A DNA stretch of 64,000 nucleotides, from contig NC_069003.1 of assembly GCF_001194135.2 (NCBI RefSeq), positions 25,285,030 through 25,349,029 on the forward strand. The letters run 5' to 3'. The number at the start of each line of letters is the position of its first letter. Positions within the stretch are counted from its first letter, which is position 1. Positions 1 through 12,912 of the stretch are shown here, piece after piece. The DNA comes from Octopus bimaculoides (Eukaryota). Under the pieces are notes generated by a model. That model did no database searches. It was not told where the DNA came from and worked only from the letters and a program-made list of their open reading frames with translations. A program made the translations under genes and the position numbers.

Positions 1-129
1 CATATATACGACAGGCTTCTTTCAGTTTCCGTCTACCAAAATTCACTCACACGGCTTTGGTCGCCTAGAAATAAATATATAAATATTCAACTCTCACAGT
101 AAAGTAATTAGAAACTGTTCATTCTTTTT

Positions 130-520
130 TTCTTTAACTTGTTTCAATCATTTGATGACGACCATGTTGGAGCATGAAGGGTTTTAGTCGAACAAATCGA
201 CCCCAGGACTTTTTTTCAAGCCTAGAACTCAGCTAAGCTATGCGCCCTTTTTTAAAGCCCAGCCAGGCTCATGGGCTCGGTTTCCTGGTTTCAATGGCGT
301 ATGTGTTCCCCAGCTGGACGGGACGCCAGTCCATCGCAGTCTCAGCTAAGTTACGGGGAGGGGACGTAAACACACCAACACTGGCTGTTAAGCGGTGATG
401 GTGAGAAGGACACGACGGGCTTCTTTCAGTTTCCGTCTACCAAATCCACTCAGAAGGTTTTGGTCTGCCCGAGGCTACAATAGAAGACACTTGCCCAAGG
501 TGCCACACAGTGGGACTGAA
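130..520 (-). mobile_element. SINE family A
   Basis: Plus strand reads ACTTGTTTCAATCATTTG...CTTCTTTCAGTTTCCGTCTACCAAATCCACTCA...GGGACTGAACCCGGAAC...CACTCCTGCGCC. Confidence 0.85.
238..340 (-). mobile_element. 5'-truncated SINE fragment with a V-domain-like motif, inserted into a family A SINE
   Basis: Reverse complement CTGCGATGGACTGGCGTCCCGTCCAG (313-339); 10-bp direct repeat CTCAGCTAAG at 228-237 and 341-350. Related 3' part at ~24520-24595. Confidence 0.65.
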
Positions 521-751
521 CCCGGAACAATGTGGTTGGAAAGCAAGCTTCCTACTACACAACCACTCCTGCGCCTAATTGTTTATTCTGCCACGAAAAT
601 TTTATGCTGAATAGTTTTTTTTTTGTTTTTGTTTTTTTAATGAAGTCACGGAGAGTCGTTTATCGCTCTGACGGCGTAACACAGGTTAGAGCTTGCTTTG
701 GTCTGAATATTAATCCATATTCTATGAATTTGGTCTTAATCTACTGTTTAA

Positions 752-995
752 TATATTTGCCACTTAAATGTAGCTGACCCCTAAGGGTGGATGTTACTGT
801 TGCTTTTAGCCCCAGGAGAACATCTCCTCCAGCTGGCTATCGACACACATCTGTGTCCTGTCTATATTTGCAAAGGGAAGTTATCTTTCCCATCTTGATC
901 TGCGATATCGCCAGCTGGAGGAGATGTTCTCCTGGGGCTAAAAGCAACAATAACATCCACCCTTAGGGGTCAGCCACATTTAAGTGGCAAATATA
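752..995. mobile_element. Fold-back MITE, ~90-bp inverted arms
   Basis: TATATTTGCCACTTAAATGT...CCAGCTGGC is mirrored by GCCAGCTGG...ACATTTAAGTGGCAAATATA; TA-rich ends. Confidence 0.8.
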
Positions 996-2488
996 CTTCA
1001 CTTTATCGTGCAGTTACTGTTAATACCTCGTTCAGAGATTTAACACTACTGTTTAATAGTTTTACTCTTCTACTCTTCCTATTCCTCTCGGGTTACTTTT
1101 GCCGTTCATCCTTCAGGTGTAGATTCAAAAACGTCCAAGTCATATTCTGAGGTCAAATGTAAACTGCTATACCCCAACTCTTTCTGCCTATGTTAGAAAA
1201 CAATATTTTGTATTTTTGCCATCATTCTCTATCAACAGAGTTCACCAAAGTAGGTCATGCTATTCATTGTAAATTAAAAGAATTTTTGTTTTCGTTTTTG
1301 TTTTGTTGTTTGTTGTAGTTTAGTGGGGGAAGCGTTTTTTGTGACTGATACGGACGGTTTACTTGATGGAAATTAAGCAATAAAAAAGAGCTCTACAGAA
1401 CGGCTTGGTCTGAAAAAATAACAGACGGTCACTTCTGAAACACCTTTTGACTCTACATCAGCTCTATGACGACTGGACCAAAAACAACACTCTTTATTAC
1501 CGATAATATGCAGCTGAGGTATGCAGCGTTAAAAATTTTAAAAATTAATCTGAGTTACCTACCTTACATCGTAAACATAAAATAAGGATTACTTCCCTTG
1601 GTCTAATTTGAAATGTTGGAATTTTTTTTTATAAAAAGAAAATCTTTTCAAAAGTAATATTAGACGAGCCAACTTTTGTGCATCTGGGCAGTCGTTCGAC
1701 CTGCTAGAAATAGTAACCAAATATTTTTCAAAGTACAAAATACCATCATAGAAAAAAGGAAAGAAGCCGTAGAGGCTTTCGTCTTACCCTTTCGTCTAAA
1801 CTAGCGTTTCTCACTCAACAAGGATCCATAATGACCCATGGAGAACTATATAAGATTTTATTAAAATTTATCAACAATAATTTTGTTATACTACGACAAT
1901 AAACAAAATATTTTAACAATTTTTTATACAATTCTTAATAGTATTTAATTAAATAAATATATTTGGATTTTTTAGACATTGAATGGCTATGAGGGTCCAT
2001 CCGAGTAAAATAGGAATGAAAGGGGTCCTTAGACAAAAAATGGTTGAATAACAAACAACAAAGGGTCCTCCTCAGTTTAAGCAAACAATAAAGGATCTTC
2101 CTCGAGTTCGCTCAACGTTTAAGAAATGGCAGTCAAATACCATTAAATTACATCATATTTTAAAACGGGAAGGATACATTAGATACTTTACATCTGAAAA
2201 TAAACGCGATGGTCATGGGAAGAATGCCTTTGTTCGTAGGTTTTTTTTCTTACTAAGTATCAAAAAGTTCTCGAATTAGGTTTAATAAAAAAAAGAAATC
2301 GTGTGTTGAAACAGATATTGATGTATTTCGGGGTGGTCATTTTTTTCTTTTTTTTTTTTGCCAAATAAACACACGCACTATATATTTGTTCTTCACTCGT
2401 TTATTACAGTTCTTATTACAACTCATGCCCAGTGACTGGGAATCTTTCGTCGATCAAGAGCACACACGATGAGCTAGCACGATGAGCA

Positions 2489-2721
2489 GGCGGTGAGCTG
2501 GCAGAAACGTTAGCACGCCGGGCGAAATGCTTAGCGGCATTTCGTCTGCCGCTACGTTCTGAGTTCAAATTCCGCCCAGGTCGACTTTGCCTTTCATCTT
2601 TTCGGGGTCGATTAAGTAAGTACCAGTTACGCACTGGAGTCGATATAATCAATTTAATTCGTTTGTCTGTCCTTGTTTGTCCCCTCTGTGTGTAGCCCCT
2701 TGTGGGCAGTAAAGAAATAAG
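2489..2721 (+). mobile_element. SINE family B, full length
   Basis: GGCGGTGAGCTGGCAGAAACGTTAGCACGCCGGGCG...GAGTTCAAATTCCGCC...AAAGAAATAAG; short direct repeat GAGCA. Confidence 0.88.
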
Positions 2722-2894
2722 AGCAGACACGAAAACGAAACGTGTCGCTGAAGAGGTCACAGATGTGTGACGAAAGAGTTCCGGACAATGGACATGAGTT
2801 AAAATAAGAACAGTAATAAATGAGTGAAGAACAAATATATAGTGCGTGTGTTTATTTGGCAAAAAAAGAATGGCCGTCCCGAAATACAACAAAA

Positions 2895-3062
2895 TACGGG
2901 AGGATCAGTCAATTATGATTTTATTCAATATATTCCCTCTCAGGTTCACACACTTATTGCAGCAGCTCTTCGATTTTTCTAAGCCCTGTAAAAGACCTCG
3001 GAAAGGGTTGGGCCTCCAGCCAAGCCCTTCGCGATTCCCTTAAATTCAGGGACTTTTCAGCG
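2895..3062. mobile_element. Mariner-like non-autonomous fragment
   Basis: Starts TACGGGAGGATCAGTCAATTATG; a related partial copy at ~52541-52600 starts TACGAGGATCAGTTAATTATG. Confidence 0.55.
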
Positions 3063-3082
3063 CATGAGTGCATGTGTATCTT

Positions 3083-3480
3083 CGTACGTGCGTGTGCGTG
3101 TGCGTGCGCGCGCGCGTGTGAAAATGGACATTCTTTCCTATCCTGGGTGCGTATTAAACGCATATGGTCAAGCTAATCACGTCACCTTAAAACCTCACCG
3201 GATGTCACTGCTGATGTCACCGCGTGTCATAGGTTCGCCTTCATTATAGTAAGGTGTTTTTTGGCAGCTATTTCGAGCAGGTTGAGTGCCTACCGTGAAG
3301 AAAGCGGATGTCTGATCTCTTGGGCAGGGACCTTTCTGCAACCAAAAGAAAAGAAGAAAGTGAGAGGAGTTGTAGTAGTAGTAGTAGTTTTTGTTATTGT
3401 TTAGTCCATTGTTTATCAGAGAAAGGAGCAATTTCCCTAGAGAGGGATCTGAAAGGATTGAAAAGTGGGCGGACAAGTTG
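3083..3480. promoter_or_regulatory. CpG-rich unique region, possible promoter of the sulfotransferase-like gene
   Basis: 38-nt alternating purine-pyrimidine tract (3083-3120), CACGTCA, CGGATG twice, GGGCGG at 3467-3472; no transcript evidence. Confidence 0.25.
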
Positions 3481-4740
3481 GCATATTTAATAAATAAATC
3501 CAGAGTTTTAAATTTTTTTAAATATTAGGCGCAGGAGTGGCTGTGTGGTAAGTAGCTTGCTTACCAACCACATGGTTCCGGGTTCAGTCCTACTGCATGA
3601 CACCTTGGGCAAGTGTCTTCTACTATAGCCTCGGGCCGACCAAAGCCACTCTCACGCCTATAATAACTAGGGTATTGTTAGTTTTCATTGATAATAATAA
3701 AAAAAAAACTATGTTGGCCCCAGGTCATCTCCAACTGAGCAACTCCATTCATTATCAATCGTTACATGCAGGGCAAAATGCTTAGTGGCATTTCGTCTGT
3801 CTTATGTTCTAAGTTCAAATTCCACCGAGGTCGATTTTGCCTTTCATCCTTTCGGGAGTCGATAAAATAAGATATATAAATAAAATAAACACCAATTGAG
3901 CCCTGGGATCGATGAAATGGACTAGACGCCTCCCACGAAATTTCAGACCTTATGGCTATGGTAGAAACGACTATCATATTTTACTTCTCAGAGCTCTTGA
4001 TTTTACTTGCTCCGGTTAATTCCGTTTATCTTCTTGTTCTGAGTTCAAATTCCGCCGAGGTCGATTTTACCTTTCATCCCTTCGGGGTCGAGAAAATAAG
4101 TACCAATTGATGTTATCGACGTGCCCTTCCCCCGAAATTGCTGGCCTTGTGCCAAAATTTGAAACAAATATTTCTATGAATCATCCTTAAAGTAAATAAA
4201 ACTATGAGCATTTTTTTTTTTTCCTAACACAGTAGAGTATGATCTGCAGAAGATTTGGTTGCTATTTCTAGCTTTCAGAACGATTACGTATACGATAAAA
4301 GAAGAGTGGTGAATAATCCCTTCATTAAAAACAAGTAAAACTGGATAACTAATTGTAAATTAAGCAAAATAATAACTGCTGCATAGACGGAATGTAGCGT
4401 TAAATTGCTTAACGATAATCACTGACTTGTAAAAACTGTGATTGCAAACGGAATAACAAATAAAAAGAAGATAATGTATGATTAATAGTCATGAAGTGTG
4501 ACTATAAGCGGAATTATTGACTCGTATCGGGGTGGGCTGGTGTGCTTATGAATAGGTGTATATATGTCTGGTAATACTAGCATCCCTTGAAAGCTGGGTT
4601 CATCAGCAACAATTCTTTCTCGTCTCCCTTCCTCTGGCACTCTTTCTCTCTATCTTCCCACGCATTCCCAAATAATCTCGGTCTTTCACTCGCTCTAACA
4701 ACACACATATTCTTTCACTAATAAAGCATGTATCATATTG

Positions 4741-4744
<4 letters not shown>

Positions 4745-4786
<42 letters not shown>
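4745..4786. repeat. (TA)n microsatellite
   Basis: Direct reading. Confidence 0.95.
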
Positions 4787-4789
<3 letters not shown>

Positions 4790-4904
4790 CATTTTGTCGC
4801 CAATATTAATAGTGTTGTCTGTTAGTAATTTTTTTAATTGGATACGGAACAACGGCTACTGCGAAGAGGGCACTAACTCTGCACGAAAATACGCGACAAA
4901 GAGA

Positions 4905-5340
4905 ACGAAAGAAACTTAGTAATAAATGGAGAAAAGCTAGAGAGAGGAAAAAGGATTGTGTAATAAAGGGGTGGAAGAGAGATAGGAAAAGAAACACTAA
5001 TAAAGAGATAGGAGTGAGGAATAGTAATAAAGAAACGCGAGAGAAATAGAGTAAGAAATAAAACGAAGAGAGCGAGGTCTATAGTTATAAAAGAGGAGAG
5101 AGAGAGAGAAAGAAACAGTAATAAAGGGAGGGAAGAGAGAGAAAGAAACAGTAATGAAGGGAGAGGAAAGAGAGAAAGAAACCGTAATAAAGGGAGGGGA
5201 GAGAGAAAGAAGCAGTAATAAACGAAATTGGGGAGTGAGAGAAAGAAACAGTAATAAACGAAGGTGGGGAGAGAGACAGGAACAATAATAAAGGGAGGAG
5301 AGAGAGAGTAAGAAAGGAAGGTGGGGAGAAAGAGAAGTCA
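4905..5340 (+). repeat. Purine-rich degenerate minisatellite, ~33-bp unit, about a dozen units
   Basis: Recurring AGAAACAGTAATAAAGGGAGGGAAGAGAGAGAA-like unit. Confidence 0.85.
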
Positions 5341-7060
5341 AGTAAATTAACTCAAGCCATGGAAGGTGTAAACTTAATCCCTCCGTTTTATCTAAATTAC
5401 ATCGCAAACCACTGCTCAGAAAATACTATTTCATGTTGATTCTTTATTAGTTTTTTTTTTTCACCAATAGAGACCCCGGACAAGTAGGAAATAATTTATT
5501 TCTAGATTTATTTACGTCTTTTTTATGCTTTAATTTCTAACTGAATCTCACCAGTTGTTGACATTGCCTTTTCACTTTATAATCCGTCTCATTGAACACA
5601 TTTCGCCAAAACTATAATATTTACCTCGGTTTTATTATTGGGCTTTTATTTTTGGCAAATATCAATTATATGAAGTAAGTTCTTGTTTAATATCATTAAC
5701 TACTATTTTCTTTTCTGATCGTCCATCCGTCTTACTACAGCTTTCTACCGTCCAGCATCAGTTTTATTTCGATTGCTGTTACCTTGAAAGGAGGACATAT
5801 TTCTTCCCTATATTTTTTAAATTAACATCAACAACACAATACCAACCTGTCGTGCAGGTGAAAGAAAAAAAAACAATTGAAATTATTGAGAAGATAGCAA
5901 ACCAGCAGAAGAAAGTCGTTAATCTTCCTCCTGTTAATTATGTAAATATTCTATTTTTATTTTAACTTATTTCATATTCACCCTTCTACGAAACGTCCAA
6001 TGCAGAATACTTGAAGAAATTTGTAATCGAATTTTGCTGCTCATTTTCTGAAATAGAAATAATTCTAACGATAATTTAATGTTTCTCAAGACAGGAGGAA
6101 ATTTGACACCAAGAACATCCGACAGTTCGTTTGCTTCCGAAATTATTTACTCGTGTTTCGTTTTTGTTTTCTTTTAAATTTTTCTATATCTACTGGACTA
6201 TCCGAAATTAGACATGACTTTTTCCATGGGTGTTTCGTGGTTCCTTCCAAGCTTTCATTGCTTTACTGCTGCTGATAATTTAAAGAAACGCGTCTGGATG
6301 TCTTGTGTACCACCACTGAATGTTTCTTGATTCCAAATGGCCTGACATGGATCGCCCTCTCTTCTGAGTCCTCTCTATTTACTGACGAACATCGAAGCTG
6401 CAAGTGCTACCTATAATCCGTCCATCATTCCGTCACTTAAAAACCTCATTTTGTTGGGGGTTTTGCCACTATCAATTAACCAGCCTTCAATATGGATTTA
6501 TAATGAAACAAATCATGTAACGAAACTAATGAGAATCATTTGTAAAATCTAATTAATCGGACCATATTACTTATTTACATTTCTTATTTATTTATTCTCC
6601 TTCGTCTTCAACGAACAACCTTTCCACATACCAAGTTGTAAATGAATAGTCAACTATAATTAGATATTGTAACAAACATACCAGCTACTGCATTGCTGAA
6701 GGAAGTGTTCGTTATATAAATGCTCGCTCGAGCCTGTAAGCTTCAGCTTGTTTCTACTCAACCTCCTATATTACACACCATATTCAGTGTCCCAACCAAG
6801 TTTTTAAAAATCGTCATCGTACTGTTTGCATGAAAGTTATTCTTTTGAATAACTTTTACAGTTCCAAGGCGCTATCTTATATTGACAGTCTAATACACAC
6901 ACTAACGAGTTTTTCTAGATAGTGTTGGTATTATCTCTACTGATCAAAATCTGTTATGGTTTAAGTCGGAATATATACAAATATACAAGAAGAAGTGTGT
7001 AACATTGACTTGTGAGAAAGAAACTACGTTGTCCAGTATCATTTGCAGCAGGCTTTTACA

Positions 7061-7191
7061 ATGAAGTTTGCCATGTGGAAGAAATCCTCCATGTGGATTT
7101 TATTTGGAGGAATGGTGATGTTTTTCCTGTCATTAAGCACTTGTTTCGCCTATCTACTGGCCGGTGTCTACCACCGGTGGCAACTCGACAG
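7061..7191 (+). CDS. Coding exon 1 of a sulfotransferase-fold type II membrane protein (signal anchor)
   Basis: ATG at 7061 reads MKFAMWKKSSMWILFGGMVMFFLSLSTCFAYLLAGVYHRWQLD + AG, then GTAAGT donor at 7192. Basic N-terminus followed by a ~25-residue hydrophobic run. The phase-2 end matches the 1-nt overhang of the exon at 20318 (AG+G = Arg). Possible tandem CAGCAG acceptor upstream at 7046-7051. Confidence 0.8.
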
Positions 7192-10109
7192 GTAAGTTTC
7201 CAACTTGTGTACATTTACTTGTTTTCGGCTTCTTTGTGACTACCAGAACCTCAGTATGTTTTCTAATATATATATATATATATAAAGAATGGTGGCAGCT
7301 GATGAAGGAAACGTTCTCTATGTGGCCTGTGTGTTTTCTGTACTCTGTTTATCATTTTGTCCACGTTTTGTTTTGCATTGTCCTGTACCCAGATATGCAT
7401 CTATATATACAGGTAGATGTAAGTATGTATATATGCATATACTCATTTATTATTTATATATATGTATATATATATATATATGGCATAGCTGATTCAAGGA
7501 CTTTGAATTTTTTATGTTTTTCTCCTCCAATTAACAACTCAACACTAACATACTTTGCATTCAGTTTAATATGCAATCTTTCCTGTATAGGAAAACCTGC
7601 TGACATTCGTAAGTTTTTAATATATAGTCCTTTACTAAGGCGACGAGCTTACAGAATATGCTTAGTGGCATTTCGTCCGTCTTAAATTTCTGAGTTCAAA
7701 TTCCGCATTTTTTGCCTTTCATCCTTTCGGGGTCGATAAAATAAGTACCTGTTGTACACTGGAGTCGATGTAGTCGTCTTATCCCTTCCCAAAATCTCCT
7801 GCCTTATGCCAAAATTTGAAACCTATATATAGTCATTTACCGTTACAGAACACGAGCAAACTTAAAAGGTGGCACAGAGATTTCATACCGTTAAAATATA
7901 TATATATTAATTTTTCTGGTTTTAATTGCTGGACTATGGCCCTGCTCGGTCATACTACCATCGAGGTTTCCCTCCCAGTTGACCCTAGCTCTCTCGGATC
8001 GACCTCGAAAAACCAAATTGACCTCGTCGTGAAGGGAGATAACCATTTTGCTTGATCTTATCTGACCCGGGACGAAACGATGTAAAAAGACAAATACATT
8101 CCAAGATAGATATGGGCAAAATGCTGAAATGCACACGCACACACATGCTGTTTTGCCTCAGATCAATCTTTATGTATAGACAGTCCACCCGTAACTAACC
8201 TGTTGTTTCAATGGAACATTAGATAAGCTTCAACTGTCGGCTACCTTACCCAATGTCTCATTTTTTTTTTTTGACGGTGCTAGGCTATTTCTAATTGACC
8301 GAACGATCTCGACGCACACACATCGACTGACTTCAGCTCTACATAATTCTTCACCATTTTTAACCATCGTCGTAAGTTTAGGACTTTTAGAGGTTATGTT
8401 TTATGGTATGATGCATTTCCTATCGCCAACTCTTTGCAAGTCGCTCTTTACAATGCAGTCTATGCAATTAGTTGACTTATTGCTTAAAGAGATAGTCATA
8501 GCTTGAATGCCTTAATGCTAAACAATCAAATGGTCAAAGCAAGTCTTAGAGCTGTCACTTGTCCCGAATATATTGCAGAGTGACATGATTTTTGTCCTTG
8601 GGTAGCAACTGTTATGTGCTTCAGTTGACAAGAATTATAATTAAAACGAAAGATAGCCCTTATTTGCTTACCCTTAGAAAGTGTGAAAAACGGCTTCAAA
8701 CTTTGCTTTTGTTACATTTATTCAAACCCCCAAACAATCCTCTCAGCACATGGCTATGATGCTCCCCCACTACTCCTGTTCATGATCAGAGATGCACATA
8801 TTGTCGGCCACTAAGGGACCTGCTCTAGTGGTTATGGTCAAGTAACTAACAAGCAAATCTGTGGTATTGAGCAGAATATTTGCTATAACAAGATTTCTGC
8901 TTCAGCAACTCAGCACTGAATCTGTCTGAAATGTAATGGAAAATAGGTCAGTTTTAAAATATTGATGTCCAGGTGACAAAAGCAAAGTTTGAAGGGAATA
9001 GTAGTCATTTCCTTTAATTTCTAGACAGAAGTAAATAGGAATTTTACACTTACTAACCAAAGACAAAAAAAGATTTAATTTTCTTTTGATGTTATTTAAC
9101 TGTTGAATTCCTATGTTTCGAGTCATATCGAAGGAATGCCTGAATGAATCTGTTTGCATAATTAAGTAGTGGCTATATTCATTTCCCCCCCATTTTAAGA
9201 GATTAGTTTAAATACTTTAACACAAGGATTTTAATACAATGCATTTATTGTCCGTGCCAGTATAAGAATTACTCAGTCTAATAAACCAAGCATCTAACAT
9301 TAGTTTTTAACCTGTTTGGAAATGGATCCACCTCAGCCAACCTGAGAACTTTTATCAGCTTGAAAGAGTGGTGCAGATTCCCTATATATAATTGTCTAGT
9401 TTGCTTTATAGAGTATAGCTGTTCTGAAACTTAGTTGCTGTTCAAATTAACAAACGATCATTAGTATAACATTATTCAATGTCTTCCTTTTCTTAAACTA
9501 TTTCAAGTCTTTGAAGGAAACTTGGTTGCTATTTCTGATTGTTCCAGCTACTATGTAGGTTGAATAATGGTAGTTTCTAAGTGCACTAGATTTTGTTTTC
9601 ATGTTCCACAAAAAGCTAGTTCAATTGGTAGATGGTAGAGTCCATATGGCTATAAGCCACACTGAGGTACTAAAAGACCCAGACACCATTCTACAATTAC
9701 ATCTCTTCATGAGTAAATGGGGGTGCTTCTACCAGCTTAGAAAAAAAATAATGGAGCTCCTTAACTCTTTAGCATTTCTACTGGCTATATCCAACCCAAA
9801 TATTCTTCCTGTTTTATATCCAAATTAGCCAGATCTGGCTTCTTATACCTATCCTAGAATGCCATTCCTAAACTAAAGAGATCTCATCATTGAAATCTCA
9901 AAGCTACAAAAGAACACATGTAATTCAAAATAATGTAGATATATAAGCATTCTATTTGATAGGGTCATCTGACTGCTAAAGGGTTAAATAAACCTATATA
10001 AATTCTAAGGAGAAGGTTATTGTAGCTAGAAAACCTCTGATCATAGATCTGATCAGTAGTTAAACAAATTTGAGCCAATTTAGAGTCAAACCTCCTTCAA
10101 ACTACATCA

Positions 10110-10900
10110 GCTGCAACAAGATGAATTTAAGCATGTCACACCGAGGATAATAGAAGTCTCCAGAATATAACATCTGATACGGTCTTTTGTTCAGCGTAGA
10201 AGTAAACAGGAAAGTCTTGGTTAGAGATGGGTGAAATGTGTCCAAAAATCTCCTCTTTGGTCTTGGGTTGATGCCATGAAATGTTTTGAACCTTCATGAG
10301 AGGCTTTGTGTATGTACCATCAAGGCAATCTTGAAACTCCTTCTTCATGGTCTGGGTGTTGACTTTCTAGAGAAGGTGGCTCTCTACTGTCATTAGGAGG
10401 GCCAGCTTTGTTGACTTTGAGTTACTTGATTGCCAGATGTTTTGAAGCTTGTTACAGGCACCCTAGGCTTGTCTCTTGCATGTCAGAAAGTCTTTCTTTC
10501 TGTCTCTTGCATTGAGACCTGAGGTACTTAAAGTTACTTATCTCCTTGAATTGTGTGCTGTTAGAACAATTTTGCAGCTGGCTTTCATCTTTACTGTTGG
10601 TCGTGTATTCCATATTCTTTGCATTGAGAGACAGACCAACTTTGACTGCAGCATTCTCAAGGGATATTAACTAGTTTTGTGCATCACACAGTTGATGAAA
10701 TATGAAGGGAAATATTATCAAGATAGACAAGGACATTGAGATACTGGATCTGCTAGCATCTTGATCTCTTCTGCTTATAATGGTGAGAGCTTTGGCTTAT
10801 ATGGGGGTCAGAACTTTGCCTGAGGATGTAGTCCTCAATTGTCACAAAGAGAAAAAGTAGCTGGGATGTCTCCTTGGAGGATACTGGCAGTCACAAATTC
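10110..10900 (-). mobile_element. RTE-clade LINE reverse transcriptase fossil (stops and frameshifts); probably extends to ~11850
   Basis: Minus-strand fragments SILQGDI, ENAAVKVGLSLNAK, NFKYL, KDFLTCKRQA*GACNKLQNIWQSS, LDGTYTKPLMKVQNISW resemble RT and C-terminal motifs of RTE LINEs. Confidence 0.8.
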
Positions 10901-11920
10901 TCTAAGTTGGATCATCATCATCATCATCATCCATTTTCCATGCTAGCATGGTTCAGATGGTTTGATCAGAGTTGGTAAGCAAGAGAGCTGCACCAGGTTC
11001 CGGTCTGATTTGGCTTGATTTCTATGGCTGGATGCCAACCACTTTGCAGAGTGTGTTGGGTGCTTTTTTTTATGTGACACTCTCACTTATGCTTACCATA
11101 TTTTACTGTTCTAAGAGGTGAAGGCATCATTGGAGAATGTAATTGATGTTTTCACCAAAGATTCTTTCCTATGTGCTTCCAAACATTTTCTATTGACTGA
11201 TATCAAATTAACTCCCTTACTTACTTTTTAAATCTTCAGCACCCTCTACAGGGAGACTTCATCGACTAATTGCATGAATAACATGTAATAACCTGCAAAA
11301 CTCTGACAACCAACAGCATCGACAAACTAACAAGAAATCTTCTTCATGGTCTCTCCAATAAGCTCCCTTTCCGGCACCACACAAAAAGCATTCTTGCTGG
11401 TTCCACACAAATGCACCCATGCAGGTGCCACATGCAAAATTCCCCAATGCACTTTGTAAAGTGTTTGGCTTTAAGAAGGGCATCCTACTGTAGAACTCAT
11501 GCCAAAACAGAATTGAAGCCTGGGCAGCTCTCTAATGGGTCAGCTCCTGTCAAACTGTCCAACCTATGCCAGCATAGAAAACAGACACTAAATGATGATG
11601 ATTACAGCAAAGGAAACATGAGCAAACACTTGATCAATGACAGTCCAGTCATGACCCTCTGGAAGTCATTAACTAACAGCGTCAATCTCACTGATCTCAG
11701 CTCAGTCTTTCTAGGATTGCAAAGGCCATGGTTACTACTCTCTTTGTTTGTCCAAACCTCTAGGTTTGGAGGAAGATACTCGTGGCAATGAATTTATAGA
11801 CAAATCCATAATTGATTGATATTCTGTAATTTTTCTCCACTTTGACTGATTTGGTGGAAATCTTCACCACCACTACAGCTGTGCAGTATTTATTCCTGTC
11901 GGTTCTAGATCCTTTTATAT

Positions 11921-12630
11921 CAGTGTTTCTCAGTAATTTTTTTTTTACCTGTGGACCCCTTTGATTCCTGTTTTATTCAGATGGACCCTCCTAGCCATTT
12001 GATGTTTTAAGCCGATGGACTGGCTCCTGTGCAGATGGCACGTAAAATACACCATTTCGAGCGTGGCCATCACCAGTACCGTCTGACTGGCCCTCGTGCC
12101 GGTGGCACATAAAAGCACCCACTACACTCTCGGAGTGGTTGGCATTAGGAAGGGCATCCAGCTGTAGAAACTCTGCCAAATCAGATTGGAGCCTGGTGTA
12201 GCCATCTGGTCCACCAGTCCTCAGTCAAATCGTCCAACCCATGCTAGGATGGAAAGCGGACGTTAAACGATGATGATGATGATGATAGTATTAGAAACTG
12301 TATAAAAAGAATTTACCCTTTAGCATTCAGACTACTTTTTCAAATATAATGCTTATTCAATTTTTTTTTTTTTATTAATTATGTATTATCTTGTACCTTA
12401 GAGATTTTGAAGATGTAATTGTTTATTTTTAGAATGACATTGTAGGGTAGGTATGAGATGCTGGATATGGCGAGTTTGAGCATAAAAGAGATAGACTATT
12501 TGGGCCAGATATGGTTAGTTTACGATATTTTGTGTATTGTAGAAGTATAACCAATTTATTGCACAAATTTTGCCACCAAAATCTTATGTGTACCTCCAAG
12601 GATCATATGGATCCTAGTTATGAACTACTG
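11921..12630. mobile_element. hAT-like MITE hosting two nested insertions
   Basis: Begins CAGTGTTTCTCA, ends TATGAACTACTG; related internal sequence (TGGACCC...TTGATTCCTGTT...CAGATGGACCC) also at ~61045-61125. No clear 8-bp TSD. Confidence 0.5.
12015..12286 (+). mobile_element. RTE-tail SINE/LINE 3' end (family C) with a (GAT)n tail
   Basis: GGTTGGCATTAGGAAGGGCATCCAGCTGTAGAAACTCTGCC...CGTTAAACGATGATGATGAT. Confidence 0.85.
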
Positions 12631-12912
12631 CTCTAAGTGGATGCAGCGCTTCTGAATGGATGGAAGAGAAGCCAAAAGTTTTGTGCAATGGTTAATACAT
12701 CCATCATGGGTACAGAAAATGCAGGTTGACATCCTTTGGATAGCCATTGACCTTTTCACCATTCAAGGGGTTTTTAACCTAAAATACTACTTATTATTTC
12801 TAGCTGTATCCACTTCAAAACTAACTCTTAAAAATGATTAATTTCACATTTTCTCAGAGCTTCTACATTTTACATGCAGACAGACTGTCTTTACATGCAA
12901 TATTATGCAAAA

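Noticed and set aside
4997-5407. 136-aa hydrophobic minus-strand ORF
   Set aside because: Translation of the pyrimidine strand of the minisatellite; no independent coding signal.
7298-7316. CTGATGA-AG-GAAACGTTC hammerhead-like core
   Set aside because: Only 2 nt lie between the core boxes, so there is no stem II, and no stem I pairing was found.
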